From the NCBI GenBank assembly GCA_963711565.1, contig CAVQEQ010000003.1, positions 192,001 to 256,000 on the forward strand: a DNA stretch of 64,000 nucleotides, in the 5' to 3' direction. Position numbers and translations under genes: made by a program. Every line of letters begins with the position of its first letter. Position 1 is the stretch's first letter. Source of the DNA: an uncultured delta proteobacterium (GTDB taxonomy: Bacteria > Desulfobacterota > Binatia > Binatales > Binataceae). The notes under the pieces are model-generated. The model was not told the DNA's origin and ran no database searches. It saw only the letters and a list, made by a program, of their open reading frames with translations. Shown here piece by piece: positions 1-9,595 of the stretch.

Positions 1-704
1 GCGTTCAGGTCCATCCCGAGGCTACTGAACAACGCGCGACCCTGCTCCTCAGTCAGCTGCGCCGGAGGAACGATATGCGGCGCGACGCGATGCTCCTGCT
101 CGGCCGGAAGTCCTATCCAGAAGTCGAGCTTGAGCGGTCCGGCGATTTCTGCGGCGACAAACTCACCGACGGTTTTGCCCGAGACGCGCCGGACGATCTC
201 ACCGGCCAGATAGCCAAAGGTCAACGCGTGATAGAAGTACGCGGTACCGGGTTTCCACCAAGGCTCCATGTTCGCGAGCGCCATCGTGCAGCGCTTCCAA
301 TCGAAGAGAGCGGCGCCGGATATTCCATCTTCCTCATCGAAACTCATGAGGCCCGCTCGATGTGCCAGAATGTCGCGGACGGTGATTCCGGCCTTACCCT
401 TGGCCGCGAACTCCGGCCAATAGCGCGCAACCGGCGCGTCGTAGTCGATCAAACCACGCTGCGCGAGCATGTGCACGCTCACTGCAACGACAGCCTTGGT
501 GCACGACATCAATATTGTGATCGTGTCTGCGGTGAACGGCCGGCCTTTCACCTTGTCCATTCCCGCCCACACATCGACCACTCTCCGGCCGTGCCGATAC
601 ACGCATAACTGTGCGCCGCCTTCGTCATTCGCCTGTCCCTCTGCGAATGCGTCGCGCACAGCCTCGAACCCGTGATCCACCGTTCCTTCAGCCCGCATCG
701 TCAT
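1..704 (-). CDS. Serine hydrolase / beta-lactamase-family esterase (3' end outside window)
   Basis: Manual translation from ATG at 704: MTMRAEGTVDHGFEAVRDAF...GAQLCVYRHGRRVVDVWAG...MSCTK, with an SxxK motif. Not in the ORF track because it runs off the window. Confidence 0.85.
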   Translation of the reverse strand, partial: MTMRAEGTVDHGFEAVRDAFAEGQANDEGGAQLCVYRHGRRVVDVWAGMDKVKGRPFTADTITILMSCTKAVVAVSVHMLAQRGLIDYDAPVARYWPEFAAKGKAGITVRDILAHRAGLMSFDEEDGISGAALFDWKRCTMALANMEPWWKPGTAYFYHALTFGYLAGEIVRRVSGKTVGEFVAAEIAGPLKLDFWIGLPAEQEHRVAPHIVPPAQLTEEQGRALFSSLGMDLN

Positions 705-717
705 ACCTCAAAGTTGA

Positions 718-2187
718 TTACCCTCCGCTGCTTCGCAGCGCCGCGAGAAATCTCTCCTTTAATCCATCGAATGGGCCGTTGGACATGAACAGCGCAACGT
801 CGCCTGTGCGCGCGTCGGCGATCATCTGCTGGAGGATCTCGTCGTTCGACGCGCATGCTATCGCATGAGGGCCGCGTGCGGTGATCGCGCTCGCGAGCGC
901 ACCGGTTTCCAGACGCTCGGCGGGCGCGATCGGATCGTTGTCCTTGAAATAGACCGGGCCCAGGTAAACACGCGACGCCCTGTCGAAGGCGGCCGCGAAC
1001 GCATCCTGAAATACGTTGCGGCGGGCAGTATTCGAACGCGGCTCGAACGCCGCGAGTATCCGCCGGCCGGGGAAGCGTTCGGCAATCGCCTCGAGCGTGA
1101 CGCCAATCGCCGTCGGATGGTGCGCGAAGTCATCGACCACCGTCACTCCCGCCGCCTCTCCAATCACCTGCTGGCGGCGCACCACGCCCTTGAAGCTGCG
1201 CAGTCCGGCCGCAATCTCGTCGCCGGAGACTCCGAACGCGCTGAGCAGCAAGTAAACACCAAGCGCGTTGGCGACGTTCATTCGGCCGCCGATCGGCAGA
1301 TGGATTGAATCGTGGATTCGGTCGCCATTTCGCGTCACCGAAAATCTCGCACCGTCGGCGCCGACCGTGATTTCCGTCGCGCGATATTCGCCGTCACGCA
1401 GGCCGTAGGTGAGGCGCCGCGAGCGAGCGGCCGCGCTGACTTCGAGCGCATGCGGAAAGTCGGCGCATACCGCGAGTACGCGCGACGAATCCATCTGCTC
1501 GACGAGCGCGCGGAAACTGGATTTCACATGCTCGAGGTCGCGATAGATATCGGCGTGATCGAATTCGACCGCGGTGATGATCGCGCCGCTGGCGCGGTAG
1601 TGCAGAAATTTCGGGCCCTTGTCGAAGAACGCGGTGTCGTACTCGTCGCCCTCGATCACGAAATCGGCGCCGCTGCCGAGCCGGTAATTCGATCCGAAGT
1701 CGCTCGCGACTCCACCCACCAGCATCGAAGGATCGCGCCCAGCGGCCTCGAGCACGTGCCCCATCATCGCAGTCGAAGTAGTTTTGCCATGCGTTCCCGC
1801 GACCATCAGCACGCGCCGGCCGCTGAGAAAAAAATGCCACAGCGCCTCGGGCATCGAGAGATACGGAATCGGCGACGCGAGCAGCGCGATGGCTTCGGGA
1901 TTAGTCGGGACGATCACGTTGCCCACCACCGCCAGGTCGGGCGCAGGCGAAAGATTCGCCGGCGAGAATCCGGTCATCAATCCGACCCGCGAATTTTTAA
2001 GAAGCGATGCCGTCGGCTCGTAGAGCTGATTGTCGGAGCCGGTGACCGATAAGCCGCGCTCGACCAGCATCCCGGCCAGCGCGGCCATCGCGGTGCCGCC
2101 GACTCCGATCAGATGCACGCGCCTGACCGACGCCGGGATTCGCGCGAGGCGTGAAGCGCTGCCGGAATCAGCCACCGTCGAGCGCAT
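718..2187 (-). CDS. mpl: UDP-N-acetylmuramate:L-alanyl-gamma-D-glutamyl-meso-DAP ligase (Mpl, MurC family)
   Basis: HLIGVGGTAM, P-loop AGTHGKTT, EGDEYDTAFFDKGPKF, DDFAHHPTA, FEPRSNT. Confidence 0.9.
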   Translation of the reverse strand: MRSTVADSGSASRLARIPASVRRVHLIGVGGTAMAALAGMLVERGLSVTGSDNQLYEPTASLLKNSRVGLMTGFSPANLSPAPDLAVVGNVIVPTNPEAIALLASPIPYLSMPEALWHFFLSGRRVLMVAGTHGKTTSTAMMGHVLEAAGRDPSMLVGGVASDFGSNYRLGSGADFVIEGDEYDTAFFDKGPKFLHYRASGAIITAVEFDHADIYRDLEHVKSSFRALVEQMDSSRVLAVCADFPHALEVSAAARSRRLTYGLRDGEYRATEITVGADGARFSVTRNGDRIHDSIHLPIGGRMNVANALGVYLLLSAFGVSGDEIAAGLRSFKGVVRRQQVIGEAAGVTVVDDFAHHPTAIGVTLEAIAERFPGRRILAAFEPRSNTARRNVFQDAFAAAFDRASRVYLGPVYFKDNDPIAPAERLETGALASAITARGPHAIACASNDEILQQMIADARTGDVALFMSNGPFDGLKERFLAALRSSGG

Positions 2188-3298
2188 CCATGATCAGATC
2201 GTGAATCTTCGGGCGGAAGTCGCGAATCTTCTGATTGTCGCGCCGCGGATGAACTCGATTAGTCAGCATCGAGATCGCAATTTCGCTCTCCGGTTCGATC
2301 CAGATCGAAGTGCCGGTGAAGCCAAGATGCCCCACCGCCGCGGGCGAGAAGCGATGACCCGAGCTGGAATGCTCCGCCGACGGCGTGTCCCAGCCGAGCG
2401 CCCAGGTCGAGCCAGGCACGGTCGCATCGCGCGTCCAGAACTCGCGGATTATTTTTCGCGGCACAAAATCCGAGCGCCCCGCGTAGCATGCGATCAGCTC
2501 GCCCGCGATACGATCGACCTCGCGCACCGGGGCGAACAGTCCCGCGTGCCCGGCGACTCCGCCCATCGCGAACGCGTTCTCGTCGTCAACCTCGCCGACC
2601 AGCAGGCGTTTGCGCGACGGACATATTTCGGTCGGCGCGAACATGTCGGGGACCGGCTCCAGGCGCCGCGAGCGGACGTGTGAAATGTCGATATAATCGG
2701 TCGCGCGCAAGGACAGCGGGCGGAAGATTTTCTCGCGGCAGAACCGGTTGAGCGCGACGCTCGCGACCTTTTCGATCGTCTCGCCAAGCAGGATGAAACC
2801 GAGATCAGAGTAGATGGTCTTGCTCGCGGGCGGAGCTTCAGGTTTCTCGCGATGAATCTCCTCGTAGACGAACTCCTTGGCGCCGTAGCTCGCCATGAAG
2901 TTGACCCGCCCGCTTTTTTCGATATCGGCGATCCGCTGGTAAAACGGACGCCACGCCGCCAGGCCCGAGCAATGCGCCAACAGATGGCGAAACGTGATTA
3001 CGGTCTTGCCGTGCACGCCGAAGTTGGGAAAGAAACGCGTCACGCGATCGTCGAGGCGAAACTTGCCGTCGCGCGCGAGGATCATCAGCGCGACCGTCGT
3101 CGCCAGCGCCTTGGTGAGCGACGACAGGTCGTAAACGGTTTCGATTTTGGCCGGGGAGCGACTCGGCTCGATCGACCTGAATCCGAACGCGCCCTCGAAC
3201 GCAACGTCCGCGCCGCGCCGCACAACCACCGTCGCGCCGGGGATTACCCGCTCCTCGACAGCGTCGTTGAAAGCCTGCTCAACCTCACTCCATCCCAA
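2168..3298 (-). CDS. Serine hydrolase (beta-lactamase fold), AmiE/NamA-like amidase candidate
   Basis: YDLSSLTK (SxxK), YSDLGF, GEVDDEN, GGVAGHAGLF, GHLGFTGTS, LTNRVHP. Start placed at TTG 3298. Confidence 0.8.
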   Translation of the reverse strand: MGWSEVEQAFNDAVEERVIPGATVVVRRGADVAFEGAFGFRSIEPSRSPAKIETVYDLSSLTKALATTVALMILARDGKFRLDDRVTRFFPNFGVHGKTVITFRHLLAHCSGLAAWRPFYQRIADIEKSGRVNFMASYGAKEFVYEEIHREKPEAPPASKTIYSDLGFILLGETIEKVASVALNRFCREKIFRPLSLRATDYIDISHVRSRRLEPVPDMFAPTEICPSRKRLLVGEVDDENAFAMGGVAGHAGLFAPVREVDRIAGELIACYAGRSDFVPRKIIREFWTRDATVPGSTWALGWDTPSAEHSSSGHRFSPAAVGHLGFTGTSIWIEPESEIAISMLTNRVHPRRDNQKIRDFRPKIHDLIMDALDGG

Positions 3299-3323
3299 CA
3301 GTCCATCCTCCGCAATTGGGCCG

Positions 3324-4250
3324 CTACCGCGTAACGGCCGGCTCAGTGAAAACGATCCGGCGCGCGGCGGAATCGATTCGCGCAACCACGCCGAACGGAA
3401 TCGTAAAATTTTCGGTGCCATGCCCGGCCTCGACGCCCCACAGCACCGGACATCCAAGGCCGTCGGTCTGCTCCGCGGCGAAGCGCGCGATCATCCGGCT
3501 CTCCTGCTCGTTGCCGTCGATCGCGCGAATCGCTCCGAAAACGATTCCCGCGACGCGTGCGAGCGCACCCGATTGGCGCAACTGCACGAGCATTCTGTCG
3601 ATTCGATACGCCTTCTCGCCGGTGTCCTCGAGAAACAAAATTCGTCCGTCGAAACGCGGCGCGTACGGCGTGCCGATCGTCGCGACCAGCACCGACAGGC
3701 ATCCGCCGATAACCTCGCCCTGCGAGTTCCCCGGATGCATCGCCTCGTGCGCCTCCAGCTCGAAGCCGTCAAGCTTGCCGGTGAGCAAACCTTGCAGATG
3801 CTCGAGCGCTCGCGGACTCAGGCCTCGCGCGAAATCCATCGCGACCATCGGCCCGTGAAACGATACCATCCCGGCAAAATCAACCAGCGCGTTGAGGATG
3901 AAGGTCGCATCAGAGAAGCCGACGAAGATTTTGGGCGTGCGTGCGAGCGCCTTGAAGTCGAGGAGCGGCAGCAGTCGGCCACATCCGTAGCCGCCGCGCG
4001 CCGAGAAGATCGCCTTGACCTCGGGGTCGGCGAAATATTCCTGGAGCTCGCTCGCCCGCCCGCGATCGTCGCCGGCCAGGATTCCCGAACGCGCGAGCGC
4101 GCGCTCCGAAACTTTGACCCGATAGCCCATCGAGGCGAGTGCGTTCACGCCGCGCTCGAGATGCGCCCGCTCGATCGCCGCAGCAGGCGCGACGACCGCG
4201 ACGGTATCGCCCGCTTTGAGCGCGTTGGGTTTGATCGGTTTGTTCTTCAC
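3324..4250 (-). CDS. ldcA: LD-carboxypeptidase (peptidase S66)
   Basis: RGGYG, GFSD (catalytic Ser), LFLED, GHG. Confidence 0.9.
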   Translation of the reverse strand: MKNKPIKPNALKAGDTVAVVAPAAAIERAHLERGVNALASMGYRVKVSERALARSGILAGDDRGRASELQEYFADPEVKAIFSARGGYGCGRLLPLLDFKALARTPKIFVGFSDATFILNALVDFAGMVSFHGPMVAMDFARGLSPRALEHLQGLLTGKLDGFELEAHEAMHPGNSQGEVIGGCLSVLVATIGTPYAPRFDGRILFLEDTGEKAYRIDRMLVQLRQSGALARVAGIVFGAIRAIDGNEQESRMIARFAAEQTDGLGCPVLWGVEAGHGTENFTIPFGVVARIDSAARRIVFTEPAVTR

Positions 4251-4338
4251 GGATTCGCGCTATCCCGCCCCGAATCCTACCAGATGACCCGCGCGAACGC
4301 CCATCAATTGCGCGAATTGCGCCGCTTCCGATTTCGGA

Positions 4339-5643
4339 TCAGTCGGCGACGGACGGCGCGGCATGCTCCTCCATTCCGGTGAGCGAACCAACTTCGGAAA
4401 ATCCGAGCAGTGCCGCAGTGACCCACAAACCCGCCGCGCCGATTGCAATCGTCGGACGCAGGCCGATGACGCCGCCCGCGATTCCCGCGACGAGTTGCCC
4501 GCAGAGCACGCTGGCTAGGCGGACGAAACGCAGGCTCGCGTTGACCCTGCCCAGCATCGGCTTGGGCGTGATCGTCTGGATCAGGCTGACGGCGTTGATG
4601 AAGTAGACCGTCGCGGCGCTGTCACCGACTAATTGTTGCGCGACCAGCAGCGCCACCGATACCGTGCCGTTGCCCCGCGCGATCGGAAGCAGCATGTACG
4701 CGACGCCTTCGATCGCGAGCCCGGCCACCATCGCCATTCCGGTACCGAGCACATCGGCGGTTCTGCGCGCGGCCAAAGCGCCGAACAGCGAGCTCGCGCC
4801 GCCGACCGCGAAGATCACGCCGAGCACGCCGGGCCTGAAGCCGAGCGCGTTGACGACGAACAGCAAGTAGAGCGTGCCGACCAAACTGTTCGCGAAGCCG
4901 CCCACGATCACGTTGACTCCAAATGCGCGCAGACGGCCGTCGCTGAAGATCAATCGCGCGCCGTCGGCGATCTCACGGGACACACTGGCGTCGCGGGCGC
5001 GCGGTGCGGGGGCAGGTTCAGGCTTGCGGATAAGCGCGATCGCAATGGCTGACGCGAGGAACGAGATCGCATCGATTAGAATTGCGAATGGCGCCGTGAG
5101 CCACTCCACCAGCCAGCCCGACAGCGCGAAGCCGCCCGCTTCGGCGACCCCGGCGCTGGCGGTGAGCTTGCTGTTCGCGTCGAGTAGATCTTCGCGGTCA
5201 ACGAGCGATGGCAGATAGGATCGATAAGCGACGTCAAAGAACAGATCGAGCGCGGAGTACGCGAGCATCACCGTGCAGAGCTGCAGCATGGTGAGTTTCG
5301 CAAACATCGCGGCAACCGGAATCGTGCCCAATACGATGAAGCGGCCGATATCGGTGCCGATCAGAATCGGGCGGCAGCGGACTCGATCGACTATCACGCC
5401 CGCGAAGAGGCCCAGCACCAGCGTCGGCACAATTCCGGCCGCGGCGAGGACGCCCATCTGGAACGGAGTCGCCTTGAGCGCGATCACCGCCGCGAAGCTG
5501 ATCGCGACATCGCCCATCCGCGTGCCGAACAGCGAGACCGTCTCTCCCGTCCACAACTTCATGAAGTCGGCGCGGCTGAATAGCACGCTCCGGCGGCGCG
5601 CGTCGGCGCCGATTGATTCGTTGTCTCTTTCGTCCGAGTGCAT
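4339..5643 (-). CDS. MFS transporter (DHA3/EntS-like)
   Basis: About 12 hydrophobic segments, GVIVDRVRCR motif A, QTITPKPMLGRVNA. Confidence 0.85.
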   Translation of the reverse strand: MHSDERDNESIGADARRRSVLFSRADFMKLWTGETVSLFGTRMGDVAISFAAVIALKATPFQMGVLAAAGIVPTLVLGLFAGVIVDRVRCRPILIGTDIGRFIVLGTIPVAAMFAKLTMLQLCTVMLAYSALDLFFDVAYRSYLPSLVDREDLLDANSKLTASAGVAEAGGFALSGWLVEWLTAPFAILIDAISFLASAIAIALIRKPEPAPAPRARDASVSREIADGARLIFSDGRLRAFGVNVIVGGFANSLVGTLYLLFVVNALGFRPGVLGVIFAVGGASSLFGALAARRTADVLGTGMAMVAGLAIEGVAYMLLPIARGNGTVSVALLVAQQLVGDSAATVYFINAVSLIQTITPKPMLGRVNASLRFVRLASVLCGQLVAGIAGGVIGLRPTIAIGAAGLWVTAALLGFSEVGSLTGMEEHAAPSVAD

Positions 5644-5673
5644 CGCAAATCTCACGCGCGGCGCACCGCGCAG

Positions 5674-5709
5674 AAAAAGAAAAAGCCCCGGGCTTCGACG
5701 CCCGAGGCT
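5674..5709 (-). terminator. Intrinsic terminator in the MFS leader (attenuator)
   Basis: Minus strand AGCCTCGGGC-GTCGAA-GCCCGGGGCT followed by TTTTCTTTTT. Confidence 0.8.
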
Positions 5710-5736
5710 CTTTCAAGCCAGCTTTCGAAGTATCCC

Positions 5737-5784
5737 TCACCCACCAGGTCGTTGTTTGATTGAGATGATGAGGGTGACTTTCAC
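5737..5784 (-). CDS. Putative 15-aa attenuator leader peptide (M/V)KVTLIISIKQRPGG
   Basis: GTG start with GGAG RBS, located between a sigma70 promoter and the terminator. Confidence 0.65.
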   Translation of the reverse strand: MKVTLIISIKQRPGG

Positions 5785-5813
5785 GGGATTCTCCGAGTTC
5801 TGACTAAGGCGCG

Positions 5814-5842
5814 AGACTAATCCCGCCGCGCGAGTGGGTCAA
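5814..5842 (-). promoter_or_regulatory. Sigma70-type promoter of the leader/MFS unit
   Basis: TTGACC-N17-TAGTCT on the minus strand. Confidence 0.7.
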
Positions 5843-5851
5843 GAAACCGGC

Positions 5852-6835
5852 TCAGTCGAATTTGAGGATTATTTTGCCGAAGTGCTCGCTCGCCTGCATC
5901 ATCCGATGTGCTGTAGGCGCGTCTGCCGCCGGCACCACTTTGTAGATTGGCGGACGCAATTTGCCGGCCTCGAGCGCGACGCCGAATCGCTCGACGAAGC
6001 CCGCGACGATCTGCGCTTTCTCAGTGGCTGGGCGCATTCGCAAAGTCGAGCCGAAGATCTTCAGATGACGGCGCAGGACGGCGGCGAGGTCGAGTTCCGC
6101 GCGCGTTCCATTCATCAGCCCGATCAGCACCAGCCGCCCTCCTTGCGCGAGCGACTCGATATTTCCCGCCAGGTAGGCGCCGCCGATGCTGTCCAGGATC
6201 GCGTCAACGCCGCGCCCGTCCGTCGCGGTCTGCACCGCGGGAGCGAACGGCCCATTCTTGTAATTGATCGCAACGTCGGCGCCCAGCTTGCGGCATTGCT
6301 CGCATTTCTCGTCCGAGCCCGCGGTTACGATCACGCCCACGCCGGCTTCCTTGAGCAACTGAATCGACGCGGTGCCGATACCGCTGCCGCCGCCGTGAAT
6401 CAACGCCGTCTCGCCGCGCTTGATTGCGGCCAGCATGAAAAAATTCAGGAACACGGTCAGGAAGACCTCGGGGACACCGGCGGCTTCCTCGAAACTCAGC
6501 GTCGCTGGAATCTTCATCGCGGACCCGTAATGCGCCACCGCCTTCTCCGCGTAGCCGCCGCCGGGCAGCAGCGCCATCGCGCGGTCGCCGATTTTCCATC
6601 CCGTAACCGCGGCGCCGACCGCGACGACTTCGCCGGCGCATTCCATGCCGATAATTTCCGACGCGCCCGGCGGAGGCGGATAAAATCCCTGGCGTTGAAG
6701 AAGGTCCGCGCGATTCACGCCGGCAGCCCGGACGCGAATCAAGATTTCATCGGGCTTGATCGACGGTTCGGCAACTTCGCCAAGTTTGAGCGCGTTTTCA
6801 TCGCCAGGTTTTTCGACGACTATCGCTTTCATCAT
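5852..6835 (-). CDS. NAD(P)H-quinone oxidoreductase, PIG3 family
   Basis: GVNRADLLQRQGFYPPPPGAS, HGGGSGIG, HFGKIIL. Confidence 0.9.
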   Translation of the reverse strand: MMKAIVVEKPGDENALKLGEVAEPSIKPDEILIRVRAAGVNRADLLQRQGFYPPPPGASEIIGMECAGEVVAVGAAVTGWKIGDRAMALLPGGGYAEKAVAHYGSAMKIPATLSFEEAAGVPEVFLTVFLNFFMLAAIKRGETALIHGGGSGIGTASIQLLKEAGVGVIVTAGSDEKCEQCRKLGADVAINYKNGPFAPAVQTATDGRGVDAILDSIGGAYLAGNIESLAQGGRLVLIGLMNGTRAELDLAAVLRRHLKIFGSTLRMRPATEKAQIVAGFVERFGVALEAGKLRPPIYKVVPAADAPTAHRMMQASEHFGKIILKFD

Positions 6836-7293
6836 CTGTAAATCATCTTCACGGGTATCTGCTTCCAGCCGCTGCCGTCGTAGTGAAACTTGCACTGGTC
6901 GAAGGTCGGCGCGCTGAATTGTGGCACGACGTTGTTCGAAAATCCGTAGCCCTCGAGCGGGTAGCCGACGAAATTCGATTTGAACTTGCCGCTGCTGTCC
7001 TCGTCATGAAAGAGCGTGATCGCATAGTCGCCGGCGGGGAAGGTTCCATTGAAAACGCATTCGCCGTTGGCGTTCTTAATCGGCGCCCAGACGTGCTTCA
7101 CTATATGAGAATCGTCCCGCGGAAATCCGGCAGGCCCCGACCACAGCGAGCATCCCACCCGCCCGTTGTTATTTCGAAAGCCTGTCACTTCGACCTTGAT
7201 GCCTTTCGACGCGTCTTGTGCCCGCGACGAAGTCGGCAGCACGAACGCCGCCAGCATCAGTGCAAATGCGATCGCCTGGATTTTCACTCTCAT
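6832..7293 (-). CDS. DUF2141 family secreted protein
   Basis: Signal peptide, YAITLFHDED, GYPLEGYGFSNN. Confidence 0.8.
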   Translation of the reverse strand: MRVKIQAIAFALMLAAFVLPTSSRAQDASKGIKVEVTGFRNNNGRVGCSLWSGPAGFPRDDSHIVKHVWAPIKNANGECVFNGTFPAGDYAITLFHDEDSSGKFKSNFVGYPLEGYGFSNNVVPQFSAPTFDQCKFHYDGSGWKQIPVKMIYR

Positions 7294-7373
7294 CAAATCG
7301 CAACTCCATAAACGAAGAGGGTCCACGAGGACCCTCTCACGTGTTTAATTCCAACGAACCGCGAACGCCGCGA

Positions 7374-8429
7374 CTAGTTGTAGTTGTTGATTACCGTGAC
7401 GCCGATATTCTGAAAAGTGTTCATCTCGTTGAAAATCTTGTTGATCCCGTCCAGCCCACAGGTCCCGGTCACCATCGCCTTGGGCGTGACCTTCTTCGCC
7501 TCGACCATTTGCAGCATCGCCGGATAGTGCGATGCCTGCATCCCGAGCGATCCGATCATCTGCAACTCCATCAGGACGATCCGATCGATCGGCATCGGAA
7601 TCTCGCCCTGCTCCGCCGAAGTCGTGAGCCCGATCTGCAGATGACGGCCCTGCTTGCGCAGGCTCATGATCGAATTGCGGCAAGTGGCCGCAACGCCGAG
7701 CGCATCCACGGCCACGTGCGCGCCGCCGCCGGTGAGATCGAAAATCGCGCTCAGGGGATCGGTCTTCTTCGCGTTGATCACGTGCGCCGCGCCCATGCCC
7801 TTGGCGAGTTCGAGCTTGGCCGAGTCGAGATCGACGCCGATGACGTTGGCTCCCATGGCGGCCGCGATATTGATCGCCGACAGTCCGATTCCGCCGCAGC
7901 CATGAACCACCACCCACTCACCGGGCTTCACCTGCGCGCGATCGACGACGCCGTGAAACGAAGTCATAAAGCGGCAGCCCATCGAAGCCGCCTCGACAAA
8001 GTCGATGCTCGCGGGGAGAGTGACGAGGTTCATGTCGGCGAACGGCACTGCGACCAGGTGGCCGAATCCGCCGTGATACGAAAATCCCGGCAGCAGTGGA
8101 GTCAGGCATACGTTGGATTGCCCGTTGCGACAGTATTCGCAAGTGCCGTCGCCCTGGCTGAACGGCACCACGACGCGCGCGCCCTTCTTGAAGTTGCGCA
8201 CGTCCTTGCCGACTTCCTCGACGATGCCGGTGAACTCATGCCCCATGACCGCGCCGGGCTGCGCCGAAAGCCCCATCCACGACCAGTCGCCCGTCCACGC
8301 GTGCCAATCGGAACGGCAGATGCCGTTGGCCTCGACGCGGATGATCGCGCTGGTCGGTTCGCATTCCGGATCGGGAAGAGTTTTTACGACGAGCGGCTTT
8401 TTGGTCGCCTCGAATACAGCTGCTTTCAT
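7374..8429 (-). CDS. Zinc-dependent alcohol dehydrogenase
   Basis: GICRSD, GHEFTG, structural-Zn Cys cluster, GCGGIG. Confidence 0.9.
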   Translation of the reverse strand: MKAAVFEATKKPLVVKTLPDPECEPTSAIIRVEANGICRSDWHAWTGDWSWMGLSAQPGAVMGHEFTGIVEEVGKDVRNFKKGARVVVPFSQGDGTCEYCRNGQSNVCLTPLLPGFSYHGGFGHLVAVPFADMNLVTLPASIDFVEAASMGCRFMTSFHGVVDRAQVKPGEWVVVHGCGGIGLSAINIAAAMGANVIGVDLDSAKLELAKGMGAAHVINAKKTDPLSAIFDLTGGGAHVAVDALGVAATCRNSIMSLRKQGRHLQIGLTTSAEQGEIPMPIDRIVLMELQMIGSLGMQASHYPAMLQMVEAKKVTPKAMVTGTCGLDGINKIFNEMNTFQNIGVTVINNYN

Positions 8430-8505
8430 TGTTGAATCTCCTTAACGAAGTCGTGATTGATTTCGATATAGCGCCTTTGGCGGCAAACCGGCAAATTCCA
8501 ACACT

Positions 8506-8587
8506 GGGTGCAGGGGTCACCCCTGCCCAAGGAAGCGCGAAACCCACGGAGGGTTTCGCATTCAATTAAGTGATTTCCCCTTCCCCA
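8506..8587. repeat. REP-like intergenic double-hairpin element
   Basis: GCAGGGGT-C-ACCCCTGC (8510-8526) and GCGAAACCC-ACGGA-GGGTTTCGC (8537-8559). Confidence 0.5.
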
Positions 8588-8589
8588 TC

Positions 8590-9585
8590 CTATAACAGCC
8601 TCGCCACGGTTTTCTCGAACTCGGCCGGCGTGCTCGCATCAACATCTATCGGATGCAGATCGACGCCCGCCTCGTCCTGCGCCTTCAGACGCTCGACCGC
8701 GCCTTCGATGCCGCCGATATAACCCAACTCCGCGAGCAGCTTCGGCGACAGCGCCGCGGTCCCGGCCTTCGAGCCGCCCGCGTCCCACGCCTGCTTGACC
8801 TTCTGCACATCGTCGCCGAAACCGAAGCGCGTGAGTTGCTCGGAATAAAAGGTCCCCATGCGCGCGGCGTAGAACGCGACGTTGGCCGCATGTCCCGCGA
8901 CGGCGCGATCGACGTTCGCAGTAACAGTCACGTGTCCGGGCGCCTTGACCGCGACATCGCGCGGATTCCGTCCGGCGCTCGTCGCGATCTCGCGAAAATC
9001 CGCGATCGCTTTCTTGAGCGAGTTGATCGGGATCATCACCGGCAGCCATCCGTCGGTTTTCCTGGCGGTGAACTCGACGCTCTTTTTGTTGAGCGACGCA
9101 ATCCAGATCGGGATGTGCTTGCGCGGAGTCTCGAAGCGCATCGTGAAGCCGCGTTGCAGCTTGAACAGCTTGCCTTCGTAGTTGAGCGGCGTCTGCGCGA
9201 AAATCATGTTGATAATTTCCACGTACTCTTTCATCCGCGTCAGCGGCGGATTAAACGGGACGCCGTGGAAATGCTCGATCACCTGCGGCCCGCTGGTGCC
9301 GAGCCCGATTATCATGCGGCCGTTGCTCAATTCGTCGAGCGTGCCGAAATGCTGCGCGAGAGCTGCCGGCGTACGTGAATATATATTCACGATCGAAGTC
9401 GCGAGCTGAATCTTGCTGGTATGCTCGGCGAGCAGCGTCAGCAGCGTGAACGCGTCGCGGCCCCACGCTTCGGCCACCCAGATCGAATGGATGCCCGCGG
9501 CTTCCGCGATTTTCGCGTGCTCGATCGTCTTCTTGAAATCAGGCTTGCCCTGCCAGTTCACTCCGACTGATAATTTGCGTGCCAT
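8590..9585 (-). CDS. LLM-class (luciferase-like) flavin/F420-dependent oxidoreductase
   Basis: WVAEAWGRDAF, TLDELSNGRMIIGLGTSGPQVIE. Confidence 0.9.
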   Translation of the reverse strand: MARKLSVGVNWQGKPDFKKTIEHAKIAEAAGIHSIWVAEAWGRDAFTLLTLLAEHTSKIQLATSIVNIYSRTPAALAQHFGTLDELSNGRMIIGLGTSGPQVIEHFHGVPFNPPLTRMKEYVEIINMIFAQTPLNYEGKLFKLQRGFTMRFETPRKHIPIWIASLNKKSVEFTARKTDGWLPVMIPINSLKKAIADFREIATSAGRNPRDVAVKAPGHVTVTANVDRAVAGHAANVAFYAARMGTFYSEQLTRFGFGDDVQKVKQAWDAGGSKAGTAALSPKLLAELGYIGGIEGAVERLKAQDEAGVDLHPIDVDASTPAEFEKTVARLL

Positions 9586-9595
9586 CAAAATCCTC

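Noticed and set aside
3147-8435. Long plus-strand ORFs (e.g. 3147-4382, 5834-6841, 7218-8435)
   Set aside because: They are antisense shadows of well-supported minus-strand genes, typical of high-GC DNA, and carry no recognisable motifs.
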